In this document: one piece after another, positions 1 to 12,262 of the stretch | Layout: every line of letters begins with the position of its first letter | Numbering within the stretch: the first letter of the stretch is position 1 | Assembly (NCBI GenBank): GCA_046290465.1 | Contig: JBKAGP010000001.1 | Span: 2,272,001 to 2,336,000 of the forward strand | Origin: Planctomycetota bacterium | GTDB lineage: Bacteria > Planctomycetota > UBA1135 > UBA2386 | DNA length: 64,000 nucleotides | Direction of reading: 5' to 3' | Position numbers and translations under genes: made by a program | The notes under the pieces: generated by a model | The model's database searches: none | Seen by the model: the letters and a program-made list of their open reading frames with translations, nothing else | Told to the model about the DNA's origin: nothing

Positions 1-1
1 C

Positions 2-1297
2 ATCCTCAGCGACTACCTGCTCGACCGCACCGGCGAAGGCCTGGCGTTCTTCGCGTTCGCGCCGGTCGGCGCAGCGGTGTTCGTCGCCTGCATCACCTGG
101 TTCGTGCTGGTCGGCCGCCGCTTCCTGCCGCAGGCGCAGGCCAGCCCGTCGCTCGAGAGCCGCTACGAGGTCGCCGAGTTCCTCACCGAGACGATGGCCG
201 AACCCGGCTCCGACATCGTCGGCCGCACGCTCGGCGAGCTCGACCTGCCCGGCCGCGACGTCACCGTGCTGCAGTTGATCCGCGGCAACGAGTTCTTGCC
301 GCCCAACCCCTGGCTCAAGGTGCTGCCCAACGACGTGCTGGTCATCCAGGGCCGCATCACCGCGATCACCGACGCGCTGCACCGCGGCCTCAGCGTCAAG
401 GAGGAGCTGAAGGTCGACGACAAGACGCTGCGCTCGGCCGACCTGCGCATGGTCGAGGCGATCCTGCCACCGGACAGCGACCTGATCGGGCAGAGCCTGC
501 GCGACCTCGACTTCCACCACCGCTACGGCGTCAGCCCGCTGGCGATCAGCCGGCGCGGCCGTTCGCTGCGCGACCGCCCGCTGGCGGTATCGCTGAAGAG
601 CGGCGACTCGCTGCTGCTGGTCGGCCACGAGGCCGAACTGCAGCGCTTGCGCAACAACCCCAACCTGCTGCTGCTCGAGTCGCAGCTGCTGCCGACCGCC
701 GGCCGCCGCAAGGCCTTCGTCGTCCTGACGATCATGGCGGCGATGGTCCTGACCAGCGCCACCGGCCTGCTCGAGCCCGCGGTCGCGATCCCGTTCGCGG
801 CGATGGCCGCGGTGCTGACCGGCACGGTCGGCATGCGCCGCGCCTACGAGACGATCGACCTGCAGGCGCTGGTGATCGTCGGCGCGATGATCCCGTTCGG
901 CGAGGCGCTGCAGGTGACCGGCACGGCGCAGTGGGCGGCCGAGAGCATGGCGACGTCGTTCGACGGGCTGTCGCCACAGATCCTGCTCGCAGCGCTGCTG
1001 CTGCTGGCGGTGCTGATGACGCAGCTGATCGAGAACGCCGCAGTCGCGGTCGTGCTGGCACCGATCGCCTACGCGCTGGCGGTCGCGGCCGACTGCAACC
1101 CGGCGCCGTTCTTGCTGGGCGTCGCGATCTGCGTGTCGTCGGCGTTCGTGACGCCGGTCGCACACGAATCGACGATCCTGGTGATGGGCCCGGGCCGCTA
1201 CCGCTTCCGCGACTACGTCATCCTCGGCGGCCCGTTTGCGGTGCTGACCTGGCTGGTCACGACGGTGACGCTGCCGTGGTTCTTGCCGCTGAAGTAG
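2..1297 (+). CDS. SLC13/DASS (CitMHS-like) permease with TrkA-C (RCK-C) domains, 5'-truncated by the window edge
   Basis: Frame is open from position 2. Two RCK-C-like repeats (GSDIVGRTLGEL, DSDLIGQSLRDLDF...GDSLLL), hydrophobic C-terminal helices, and TPVAHESTILVMGPGRYRFRDY typical of the family. Confidence 0.85.
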   Translation: MLSDYLLDRTGEGLAFFAFAPVGAAVFVACITWFVLVGRRFLPQAQASPSLESRYEVAEFLTETMAEPGSDIVGRTLGELDLPGRDVTVLQLIRGNEFLPPNPWLKVLPNDVLVIQGRITAITDALHRGLSVKEELKVDDKTLRSADLRMVEAILPPDSDLIGQSLRDLDFHHRYGVSPLAISRRGRSLRDRPLAVSLKSGDSLLLVGHEAELQRLRNNPNLLLLESQLLPTAGRRKAFVVLTIMAAMVLTSATGLLEPAVAIPFAAMAAVLTGTVGMRRAYETIDLQALVIVGAMIPFGEALQVTGTAQWAAESMATSFDGLSPQILLAALLLLAVLMTQLIENAAVAVVLAPIAYALAVAADCNPAPFLLGVAICVSSAFVTPVAHESTILVMGPGRYRFRDYVILGGPFAVLTWLVTTVTLPWFLPLK

Positions 1298-1342
1298 CGG
1301 CCAACGCACTTGCGCCGAGCCCGCGCGCCGACGACGGCAGCG

Positions 1343-2614
1343 CTACGGCAGGTACGGCGACCTCGTCCTCTCCCACCCGAGCACCAGCGGCGTCGGCCGG
1401 CTGACCTCGAGCGCCCCGCTCGGCCCCACCAGCAGCGACTGCAGGCCGTAGACGAACGACGAGTCCAAACCCGCCGGAACCGACAGCGCGCCGATGTGCC
1501 AGCCTTCCGCGTCCAGCGGTTCGCACGCCACCACCGACAATGCCTGCGGGTGCAGCCAGACATCGCCGAGCGGTGTCGGGTGCGGGGCCAGCTCGTACGC
1601 GCCGAGTACCATCAGACCGAAGCCGTTGGGCGGGCCCGTAATGCCGCAGTCGAACGTCTCACCGGGCGAGGCAGCTGGATACATCGTCGTGTGCAGGTCG
1701 CGCGGGACTGGAGGCGTGTTGTTCAACCCTCCAGGCACCAGGTTGATATCGCTACGCGGATCCTGATACACGAACTCGGACCCGCTCCCTGACATCACGT
1801 AGCCGGGCATGAACTGATCGCCACCGATCACGAAGGAATCGGGCCCCATTTCCAGGATCCCGTGGTCGAGGTAGACCGCCGGCTGTGCATTCAATCCCAA
1901 CGACGGCACCCAGGACGCTCCACGCACCGTCGTGATGTCCAGCGACACCCGCCCGTGATCGATCTCGATACCAGGCGACGAGTTGAAGAACGCCTGCGGA
2001 AACGGCCACGGGGGGCCTGCCTCGTGGTACACGATACAGTTGCTGAATCGCACGCTCGAACGCACGACCTCGACTGGGCGTCGGCCCATGCTGAAACTGC
2101 AGTCGTGCACGACGACATCGTCGCAATCCGTGAATCGCACCAGCGAGTCACCGAAGCCCTCGCCATGCACGTCGATGCGATCCAGCACGACCTGCCCGGC
2201 GCAATTCGTGATCTCGAGGCCACGATCGCCAGGAGTCGCGGAGTCGTCACCGCGCAGGAACATCCCGCGCAAGACGACCCGTTCACCCGCGGGAATGTCC
2301 TTCACCTTGATCACGCCGCGAACGAAGAAGCTGTCCAGCCAGACAGTCGGCGATCCCCTCCGCGCGCCGACGACCGTCAACGGCTTGTCGATGACGACCG
2401 GCGAGAACCGAAACACGGGTCCACAGGGTGCGATCGCCTGGTCATCGATGAAGAACCGGATCGTGTCACCGGGCGCCGCCGCCGCGACCGCCTGCGGGAG
2501 GTCGTGAAAGTGGACCGGCGGCCCACCAACACCGCAACGCACCAGCCACGTCTGCTGCGCCACCAGTGGCGCAACGACCGAACCGACCAACAACAGCATC
2601 AGAGCACGCTTCAT
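1343..2614 (-). CDS. Secreted protein, predicted right-handed beta-helix (pectin-lyase-like) plus C-terminal domain; tandem copy A
   Basis: Signal peptide MKRALMLLLVGSVVAPLVAQ, beta-helix cap motif FHDLPQAVAAAAPGDTI, GGAGG RBS upstream. Near-identical to 2658-3929. Confidence 0.8.
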   Translation of the reverse strand: MKRALMLLLVGSVVAPLVAQQTWLVRCGVGGPPVHFHDLPQAVAAAAPGDTIRFFIDDQAIAPCGPVFRFSPVVIDKPLTVVGARRGSPTVWLDSFFVRGVIKVKDIPAGERVVLRGMFLRGDDSATPGDRGLEITNCAGQVVLDRIDVHGEGFGDSLVRFTDCDDVVVHDCSFSMGRRPVEVVRSSVRFSNCIVYHEAGPPWPFPQAFFNSSPGIEIDHGRVSLDITTVRGASWVPSLGLNAQPAVYLDHGILEMGPDSFVIGGDQFMPGYVMSGSGSEFVYQDPRSDINLVPGGLNNTPPVPRDLHTTMYPAASPGETFDCGITGPPNGFGLMVLGAYELAPHPTPLGDVWLHPQALSVVACEPLDAEGWHIGALSVPAGLDSSFVYGLQSLLVGPSGALEVSRPTPLVLGWERTRSPYLP

Positions 2615-3932
2615 GGTCTACGGCCTCCGCACCAGGGCAACTTCAGGTCGTCACGACTCACGGCAGGTACGGCGACCTCGTCCTCTCCCACCCAAGCACC
2701 AGCGGCGTCGGCCGGCTGACCTCCAGCGCCCCGCTCGGCCCCACCAGCAGCGACTGCAGGCCGTAGACGAACGACGAGTCCACACCCGCCGGAACCGACA
2801 GCGCGCCGATGTGCCAGCCTTCCGCGTCCAGCGGTTCGCACGCCACCACCGACAGTGCCTGCGGGTGCAGCCAGACATCGCCGAGCGGTGTCGGGTGCGG
2901 GGCCAGCTCGTACGCGCCGAGCACCATCAGACCGAAGCCGTTGGGCGGGCCCGTAATGCCGTAGTCGAACGTCTCACCGGGCGAGGCAGCTGGATACATC
3001 GTCGTGTGCAGGTCGCGCGGGATCGGGTGGGGATGTGGATTCTGTGGCAGGTTCTGGATGTAGCCACGCGGGTCGACATACACCTCACTGAGCCCCATCG
3101 CTTCCGTGTCATAGCTGTCGGCCGGCCAGGGCTGCCCGGCATAGAGCCGAGCATCCGGTCCGACTTCCAGCACGCCAGCGTTCAGGTAGACGGCAGGCGT
3201 GCGAATCAAGCCCAACGACTGCACCCAGGACGCTCCACGCACCGTCGTGATGTCCAGCGACACCCGCCCGTGATCGATCTCGATACCAGGCGACGAGTTG
3301 AAGAACGCCTGCGGAAACGGCCACGGGGGGCCTGCCTCGTGGTACACGATACAGTTGCTGAATCGCACGCTCGAACGCACGACCTCGACTGGGCGTCGGC
3401 CCATGCTGAAACTGCAGTCGTGCACGACGACATCGTCGCAATCCGTGAATCGCACCAGCGAGTCACCGAAGCCCTCGCCATGCACGTCGATGCGATCCAG
3501 CACGACCTGCCCGGCGCAATTCGTGATCTCGAGGCCACGATCGCCAGGAGTCGCGGAGTCGTCACCGCGCAGGAACATCCCGCGCAAGACGACCCGTTCA
3601 CCCGCGGGAATGTCCTTCACCTTGATCACGCCGCGAACGAAGAAGCTGTCCAGCCAGACAGTCGGCGATCCCCTCCGCGCGCCGACGACCGTCAACGGCT
3701 TGTCGATGACGACCGGCGAGAACCGAAACACGGGTCCACAGGGTGCGATCGCCTGGTCATCGATGAAGAACCGGATCGTGTCACCGGGCGCCGCCGCCGC
3801 GACCGCCTGCGGGAGGTCGTGAAAGTGGACCGGCGGCCCACCAACACCGCAACGCACCAGCCACGTCTGCTGCGCCACCAGTGGCGCAACGACCGAACCG
3901 ACCAACAACAGCATCAGAGCACGCTTCATGGT
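1346..3932. repeat. Tandem direct duplication with a 1315-bp period (about 1346-2617 vs 2661-3932), interrupted by a divergent block at 1708-1895 / 3023-3210
   Basis: Direct sequence comparison. Alternative-frame ORF translations (1983-2507 vs 3298-3822; 2377-2574 vs 3692-3889) are identical. Confidence 0.95.
2658..3929 (-). CDS. Secreted beta-helix-like protein; tandem copy B
   Basis: Same N-terminus as copy A. ATG at 3929 overlaps the TGA of the upstream gene (ATGA) and has a GGAGG RBS. Confidence 0.8.
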   Translation of the reverse strand: MKRALMLLLVGSVVAPLVAQQTWLVRCGVGGPPVHFHDLPQAVAAAAPGDTIRFFIDDQAIAPCGPVFRFSPVVIDKPLTVVGARRGSPTVWLDSFFVRGVIKVKDIPAGERVVLRGMFLRGDDSATPGDRGLEITNCAGQVVLDRIDVHGEGFGDSLVRFTDCDDVVVHDCSFSMGRRPVEVVRSSVRFSNCIVYHEAGPPWPFPQAFFNSSPGIEIDHGRVSLDITTVRGASWVQSLGLIRTPAVYLNAGVLEVGPDARLYAGQPWPADSYDTEAMGLSEVYVDPRGYIQNLPQNPHPHPIPRDLHTTMYPAASPGETFDYGITGPPNGFGLMVLGAYELAPHPTPLGDVWLHPQALSVVACEPLDAEGWHIGALSVPAGVDSSFVYGLQSLLVGPSGALEVSRPTPLVLGWERTRSPYLP

Positions 3933-6900
3933 TTGAACCTCCAGATTCCGAATGATCCGCACACGTAGAGTTCATCCATTCCGTCGCCATCCACATCGGC
4001 GACATGAATCGCATTGAAGCAGCCAGCAGCACCGGGCACGGTTGCTCGCCAAAGCACGCTGCCCAGCGCCGTGTCCAGAGCCAGGATCTCTCCCGAGATC
4101 GTACCGACGATGACCTCGCTCGGCGACGTGCTGCTGCCCAGCACGTTTGCAAGCTGCAAACCTACGACACCATAGCCCCCGCGCGTCGCTCCGACGGTGT
4201 TGGGCGCCAGAACGAAGGAGTTGGCGGAAGAGAAGCCGGATGCCGCCGTCCAGGTCATGCGATGCACTGCCCCGGTGACTTTGGCCGGCTCGTCGAGCAA
4301 AGCGGTCGCGGAGGTATTCAGTGCGCGTGCCGCTGGGGCGGCGCCCGTGCCAAACCAGATGGTCACGACGTCATTGGCGTCCACGTCCACGGCGAGCGCT
4401 CCACCCGCAAATCCCAGATCCTGCGACGACGTCGTAGCCCCAAGCTGATGAGGCGTCGAATCGTCGCGACGAAGCGCATGCTGGCGAAGGCAACGTACCC
4501 GCCCTCCCGGACACCCGAGGAACACTGCTACGCTTCCATCCGACAACACCACGGATCGAACGGACTGCTCATTCATGATCGCCAGTTGCGTCGTGAAGCT
4601 GCGCAGATCCAGGTGCGGACACGAAGCCAGACCACCCGGCCAGATCCCGACCGACGACCACATGCCCTCGACACGGTCCGACGCCCGATTGAATTCCAGG
4701 CACTTCAGCGTGTTACCCCAGTCACTACCATTCCCAGCCGCGGTCCCCCGTCCCGACCAGGCCCAGAACTGAAATCTGTCGCCAGTCAACCACACCTGGT
4801 CGGCTGGGCGCCGGTGCAACACGAATCCATGATACAAAGTTGACCAGACCCTGTCTGCTTCCCAATTGTCGCCCAAGTAGGTGCCACTGGCCTCGTAGAA
4901 GATGGCGGCACTGTCTTTTGGCGACCAGGTGTCCATTCGCACCCTGTTCAACACTCCGAAATCCGAGGCTCCCCAATGCGAAATCAAGGGATCGGACAAG
5001 AACGGCACCGGCGTCGCGCCATTCCGATTGTCGGCATCCTGCCAGCCGACCGCATCCTTCGCAAATGCACCGCCATCCTGATACTCCAACCCCGTGTCGG
5101 ACAGCGTCCAGTAGGCGCCACGCCGATCCAGGCAGTGGAGGTCCGTGCCGACCGCGCGTTCCGAAACGGCCCACGTCGCCGACAGCTGCTGGTTGGTCCG
5201 CGGCTGCATGCCGGATCCTACCACGAGGTCGAACTCGGGTGACGGCAGCGGGTGCGAGGCACCCTTGACTTCTTCGACGTGCAGCCAGACGAGCGAACCC
5301 GAGTGCGTGCCGATGACGACTTCGTCGGCGTAGTCGTAGGCGACGCCCGGGTCGTAGAGTTCTCCAACTGCCAGCCCCATCGCGTGGTCACCAAAGGTGT
5401 AGAACTCCTCACCGACACCTCCGGGGCTTTGGCGCAGGTTGAGGGTCACCGCTCCCTGCTGCGCGCCGGTCTGGTCGAAGAGCCGCAGCTCGGTGCCGCT
5501 CAACAACAGCAGGTGGTCGCCATCCATGTCCTGCGCCGTGCCAAGGTAGCCGACTGGCTGGTTGGTCGTCGCGATGTCGGAGATCCTGCCCTGCATGCCG
5601 ATCATCGGCGCCAACGTCAGGCCGGGGCCGGCGTAGACACGCACGGCTCCGCCGTCGCCGTCCCCATTCCAGGCAGCGACATACTCGGACGTGCTGCTCA
5701 GTCCCGTCGCAAACGACAGGTCGAGCTGCATGCGCTCCAGATCGACCGGATCCCCTTGCGTGAAGGACGACTCGTAATCGCCCGGTAGCGGCATCGGCTT
5801 CGATGACGCCAGCAACTGCGCCTTGGGGCCACCGGCACTATCGACAAACTCGACCCGCGCGACGACCCCCCGCTGGGACAAGATCGCGGCTTCCATGTGT
5901 CCGATGTGGAAGTCGAGGATGCCGGCTTCGGGCCACTCCCAGATCGGGTTGAGCGACGCATCGCAGCAGACCAGTCCCCCGAGCTGCGAGCAGTAGACGA
6001 TCTCGTCTCCGGCATGGAACGTGTCGGGCAACACGTTGCCGACCTTGAGGTGACGAGGCCGGCTGATCTCGTAGGGCAGCGGCACACTCGCCATCACCGT
6101 GAGGTCGCTGGGATCCAACTTGTGCAGGTGCCGCCGCGTCGCCACGACGAGGCTCCAGCCCGACGACTCCTCGATCGCCGTCAGCGCAAAGGCTTCGTGG
6201 CCGAGGGCCATCGGCGTGCCGAACGGCAGCGTCGCCGAGGCGTCGCCGGGATTGCTGTGCGCCTGCTTGACCAGCGCCTTGCTGGTCGGGTCTACCACGA
6301 AGCGGGTCACGACCCCTTCGGCACTGCCGGCAAACAGCGCTCCGTCGCGGATCAGCATGGACTCCTTGTAGCCGAGCATCGTGCCCGCAGCTCCATGCTG
6401 GGTCGCGTGGAACCAGTCGTGGTCGCACTGCAGACCAGCCGCCGTCGACATCGGCACCCCGATCCGGCCGAGCGCCCATTCGTGCGGATCGTCCGGACCG
6501 CCTGCTTCCTGCGACGGCGTTCGGGCCTGGGAGGCGACCGGCGGAATCGCGGTGGTGCCGAGCGCGTCCTTCTGGGCGATCACCTGCGGGATCAGGTCCA
6601 GCAGCATCTCCTCCCAGAAGTACTCCGTCGACTGATCGTACGGGTTCACGTACTTCACGTCGCCGTGGCAGCCCCGCTCGGCGGCCGTCCACGCAAACGT
6701 ATTGGCACTCGAGCTGCCGAGCGCACTCAGACCGGGCTGCACTCCGGCCTGGCTCCAGGCTCCCCCGGTCACGGTCCGGATCCAGTCGGTGCCGGTACTG
6801 GTGATGTCCTCGTCGCCGATCGCAAACAGGCATGGGCGATGCAACTGCCCGCGCATATAGCGCTGGAGCGCCGACACATCATGGATCCAGTAGCCCTGAT

Positions 6901-8071
6901 GCCAGGCGTAGCGGCCCCAGTGCAGGATGTCGCGCTCGCTGGCCTCGGTGCCGCCCTCGCCGCGCCCGCTGAGCCGGGCAACAGCGCTCTTCATATCGAG
7001 TTCGCCGATCATCCGCTGCACGCTCGGATGGATCGCCGCCGACAGGTTGCCGTGCACGATCTCGGGGTGGCGCATCGAGGCCCACATCGCGCCGAGTCCG
7101 CCGTTGCTGCTGCCGGCGAACACCACGTAGAGATCGGATTCGACCGTGGCCGGGTCCATCGCAGCCGGCATCGGATTGCGAAGGCCCGACGGATCCTCCA
7201 TCAGGATGGCCTTGACGGCCTGCACGAGCTGCAGGTCGCGCTGCTGGTTGAGCTCGGCCTCGCGGTGCATGACCGAGGGCACGATGTATGCAAACAGCGG
7301 GTAGTAGCCTTGGGACGGCTGGGCGCGGGCGATGACGATCGGGCGGGGGCGCTTGACGTCGTCAATATCATTGTTGTTGAAGAACTCGGTGGGGCTTCTT
7401 GGCTGCGTCGACTCGTTCCGAATCAGGCCATCCGGACTGAAGAAGCCCGGATACACATGCCGCCAGCTGAAGACATCGCCGTCCTTGTTCTGCGGAAAGA
7501 GGATCGTCTCCCAGGACCCGATGACGAGCACCACCTTCTGCCCTGCCGTCGGCAGGTAGTTGGGCCGGAAGATCTCGAACGCGGCCTGATCCACGTAGGT
7601 CCGGTCGCCAAACGGGCCCACGACGGCTGCGCTGCCGAGGTCCCCGTAGAGCGGATGCTGGTCGGGGCGGGTCGCGATCGCCGATGGGCGAAGGTAGCCG
7701 TAGAGACGCTTCATCAGGTGGCCCGTGCCGCCGCCGAGCGGATGGGTCCCGAGCTTCCAGTGGAAGTCCTCCCAGAAGAACGGGGTGTGCACATCGCCGC
7801 TGGTGACGCCGGTGCCGTCGTCGTGCCCGAACCAGCCACCGCTGTCGATCGCGGCCCCGATCAGACCTTCCCCGTGGTTCCACTCACCATCCGGGTATTG
7901 GAACAGCGGCGACGTGCCGTTGCGGATCGCACCGGGCGCTGGCGGGGCGACCGCGGGATGCACGTAGCGGGTGCCGACCGGCACCACGGGAACGACCGGC
8001 GACTGCTGCGCACGCAGATCGATCGCCAGAACCAACGAGAGCTGAGAGAGCAAGAGCGTGACGGCTCGCAT
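3926..8071 (-). CDS. Large secreted protein (about 1381 aa): alpha/beta-hydrolase-like N-terminal region plus beta-propeller/FG-GAP-like C-terminal region
   Basis: Start MRAVTLLLSQLSLVLAIDLRAQQ after GGAGGAAGG. Nucleophile-elbow FAGSSNGGLGA, PQQ-like repeats (LFAGSAEGVV, VIVGTISGEILALD) and FG-GAP-like ADVDGDGMDELYV. Confidence 0.7.
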   Translation of the reverse strand: MRAVTLLLSQLSLVLAIDLRAQQSPVVPVVPVGTRYVHPAVAPPAPGAIRNGTSPLFQYPDGEWNHGEGLIGAAIDSGGWFGHDDGTGVTSGDVHTPFFWEDFHWKLGTHPLGGGTGHLMKRLYGYLRPSAIATRPDQHPLYGDLGSAAVVGPFGDRTYVDQAAFEIFRPNYLPTAGQKVVLVIGSWETILFPQNKDGDVFSWRHVYPGFFSPDGLIRNESTQPRSPTEFFNNNDIDDVKRPRPIVIARAQPSQGYYPLFAYIVPSVMHREAELNQQRDLQLVQAVKAILMEDPSGLRNPMPAAMDPATVESDLYVVFAGSSNGGLGAMWASMRHPEIVHGNLSAAIHPSVQRMIGELDMKSAVARLSGRGEGGTEASERDILHWGRYAWHQGYWIHDVSALQRYMRGQLHRPCLFAIGDEDITSTGTDWIRTVTGGAWSQAGVQPGLSALGSSSANTFAWTAAERGCHGDVKYVNPYDQSTEYFWEEMLLDLIPQVIAQKDALGTTAIPPVASQARTPSQEAGGPDDPHEWALGRIGVPMSTAAGLQCDHDWFHATQHGAAGTMLGYKESMLIRDGALFAGSAEGVVTRFVVDPTSKALVKQAHSNPGDASATLPFGTPMALGHEAFALTAIEESSGWSLVVATRRHLHKLDPSDLTVMASVPLPYEISRPRHLKVGNVLPDTFHAGDEIVYCSQLGGLVCCDASLNPIWEWPEAGILDFHIGHMEAAILSQRGVVARVEFVDSAGGPKAQLLASSKPMPLPGDYESSFTQGDPVDLERMQLDLSFATGLSSTSEYVAAWNGDGDGGAVRVYAGPGLTLAPMIGMQGRISDIATTNQPVGYLGTAQDMDGDHLLLLSGTELRLFDQTGAQQGAVTLNLRQSPGGVGEEFYTFGDHAMGLAVGELYDPGVAYDYADEVVIGTHSGSLVWLHVEEVKGASHPLPSPEFDLVVGSGMQPRTNQQLSATWAVSERAVGTDLHCLDRRGAYWTLSDTGLEYQDGGAFAKDAVGWQDADNRNGATPVPFLSDPLISHWGASDFGVLNRVRMDTWSPKDSAAIFYEASGTYLGDNWEADRVWSTLYHGFVLHRRPADQVWLTGDRFQFWAWSGRGTAAGNGSDWGNTLKCLEFNRASDRVEGMWSSVGIWPGGLASCPHLDLRSFTTQLAIMNEQSVRSVVLSDGSVAVFLGCPGGRVRCLRQHALRRDDSTPHQLGATTSSQDLGFAGGALAVDVDANDVVTIWFGTGAAPAARALNTSATALLDEPAKVTGAVHRMTWTAASGFSSANSFVLAPNTVGATRGGYGVVGLQLANVLGSSTSPSEVIVGTISGEILALDTALGSVLWRATVPGAAGCFNAIHVADVDGDGMDELYVCGSFGIWRFKP

Positions 8072-8198
8072 GGACCTTCCTCCACGGCCGAGGTTAGTCG
8101 GCACGATCCATCGCGACAACTCCGTGGCGGCGGTCGCACGTATGACCCCCCGCCCTTCGGATTGCGGCCCCCGCCACCCCCCGGCATGCTGCTCCCCC

Positions 8199-8972
8199 AT
8201 GAACGTCAGGCTCCCCGCGCTTCTGGCCGCCGCCATTGCCCTGCTCACCGCGACCGGCGCCGCCCAGCGCGTCGTGCTGCCCGGTGCGACCGGCGGCATC
8301 ACCCCGGCTCCCGGCTGGACGGTGTTGCGCAAGGCCGAACTCGATGCGGCGACACGGCCCACCGACCCGGCGAGCGAGCCGGGTCGCACGCTGCTGATGG
8401 CGGCGATCGCGGAACTGCGTCAGAACAACCTGACCGACGAACAGATCCTGCTGCACCAGCAGGGCAGCGCCGCAGGGCAGTTGCGGCTGGTCCAGGCCTA
8501 CTCGGCCGAGGGCGGCGCGACCACCGACGAGCTGCTGACCGAGTCCGCGATCCAGAACGTGCGCGACGTGCTCGAGCCGGCGCTGGCGACCGGCGGCACC
8601 GTGGCGTTCGTCGGCAGCGAGCGGCTCGAGCTGCTGCAGCCGGCCGGCGTGCGGCTCGCGTTCACGCTCGACGGGGGTGCGTTGCAGCTGCAGCACGACC
8701 ACGTGCTGATCCCGGCGGGAGAACGGCTGCAGTACTTCGACTGCACGTTCGACCGGGCCGACGTCGGGGCGCGCGAGGCGCTGGAGGCGCTGATCGGCAC
8801 GTTCGACGGGGCGCGCGAGGTCGAGTCGCGGAGCCGTGGCCTGTGGATCGGCGGGATTGCCGGCGCGCTGGCCGGGATCGTCGCCGCGCTCGCGCGCAGC
8901 AAGCGCAAGGCCCGGGCGATCGTCGGCGGCGGCGGCACAACTGGCAGTGGCGGCGGCGGCGCCGCAGGCTAA
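8199..8972 (+). CDS. Hypothetical exported protein with a C-terminal membrane anchor
   Basis: Signal peptide MNVRLPALLAAAIALLTATGAAQ. C-terminal TM segment (GLWIGGIAGALAGIVAAL) followed by basic residues. Confidence 0.65.
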   Translation: MNVRLPALLAAAIALLTATGAAQRVVLPGATGGITPAPGWTVLRKAELDAATRPTDPASEPGRTLLMAAIAELRQNNLTDEQILLHQQGSAAGQLRLVQAYSAEGGATTDELLTESAIQNVRDVLEPALATGGTVAFVGSERLELLQPAGVRLAFTLDGGALQLQHDHVLIPAGERLQYFDCTFDRADVGAREALEALIGTFDGAREVESRSRGLWIGGIAGALAGIVAALARSKRKARAIVGGGGTTGSGGGGAAG

Positions 8973-9017
8973 CGTCGTCGCACCGCCGGGGTCAGCCGGC
9001 GCCATGCAAGGAACCAA

Positions 9018-11456
<2,439 letters not shown>

Positions 11457-11491
11457 GCGGGGCCGGCCGGCGTCGTCGCTACAACGGACGC

Positions 11492-12262
11492 ATGGCCGAC
11501 ACCCCCATCCACGTCCGCGTCGCAACCGACGGCGCGGTCGCCACGATCACGCTCGACCGCCCCGAGGCGCGCAACGCCTACAGCGACGAGATGTGCGTGC
11601 AGATCTGCGAAGCGCTGGACGTCGCCGAACGCGACGACGCGGTGCGCGCGGTGATCCTGACCGGCAACGGCAAGGCGTTCCACGCCGGCGGCGACGTCAA
11701 GGCGATGAAGGCGCGTTCGGGCATGTTCGCCGGGGATCCGGCCGAGCTGCGGCAGCGCTACCTCGACGGCATCCAGGCGGTGCCGCGCCGCATCGCGCAG
11801 TTCCGCAAGCCGCTGCTGTGCGCGATCAACGGCGCGGCGATCGGCGCCGGCCTCGACCTGACCTGCATGTGCGACCTGCGGGTGGCGGCGCGTTCGGCCC
11901 GGCTCGGCTCGACGTTCGTGCAGGTCGGGCTGGTTCCCGGCGACGGCGGCGCGTTCTTCCTGGCGCGCACGGTCGGGTTCCCGCGCGCGCTCGAGCTGAT
12001 GATGCGCGGCCGCGTGCTCGGTGCCGACGAGGCGCTGGCGATCGGGCTGGTGCACGAGGTCGTCGACGACGACGCACTGCTGACGCGCACCCGGGAGCTT
12101 GCCGAGGAGCTGGCGGCGCTGCCGCCGCACGCGGTGCAGCTGACCAAGCGCGCCGCCTACGAGAGCTTCCATGGCGACATGCACCGGGCGCTCGAACTGG
12201 CCGGCACCTACCAGGGCATCGCGCAGAACCACCCGGACCATTTGCGGCGCCTGCAGTCGTGA
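11492..12262 (+). CDS. Enoyl-CoA hydratase/isomerase (crotonase) family protein
   Basis: [42 protein letters not shown]. This is the C-terminal part of track ORF 5897-12262. Confidence 0.92.
   Translation: MADTPIHVRVATDGAVATITLDRPEARNAYSDEMCVQICEALDVAERDDAVRAVILTGNGKAFHAGGDVKAMKARSGMFAGDPAELRQRYLDGIQAVPRRIAQFRKPLLCAINGAAIGAGLDLTCMCDLRVAARSARLGSTFVQVGLVPGDGGAFFLARTVGFPRALELMMRGRVLGADEALAIGLVHEVVDDDALLTRTRELAEELAALPPHAVQLTKRAAYESFHGDMHRALELAGTYQGIAQNHPDHLRRLQS

Noticed and set aside
1343..3929. Diversity-generating retroelement (TR/VR pair)
   Set aside because: The differences are not adenine-specific and include indels, both copies are full genes, and no reverse transcriptase lies in the window.
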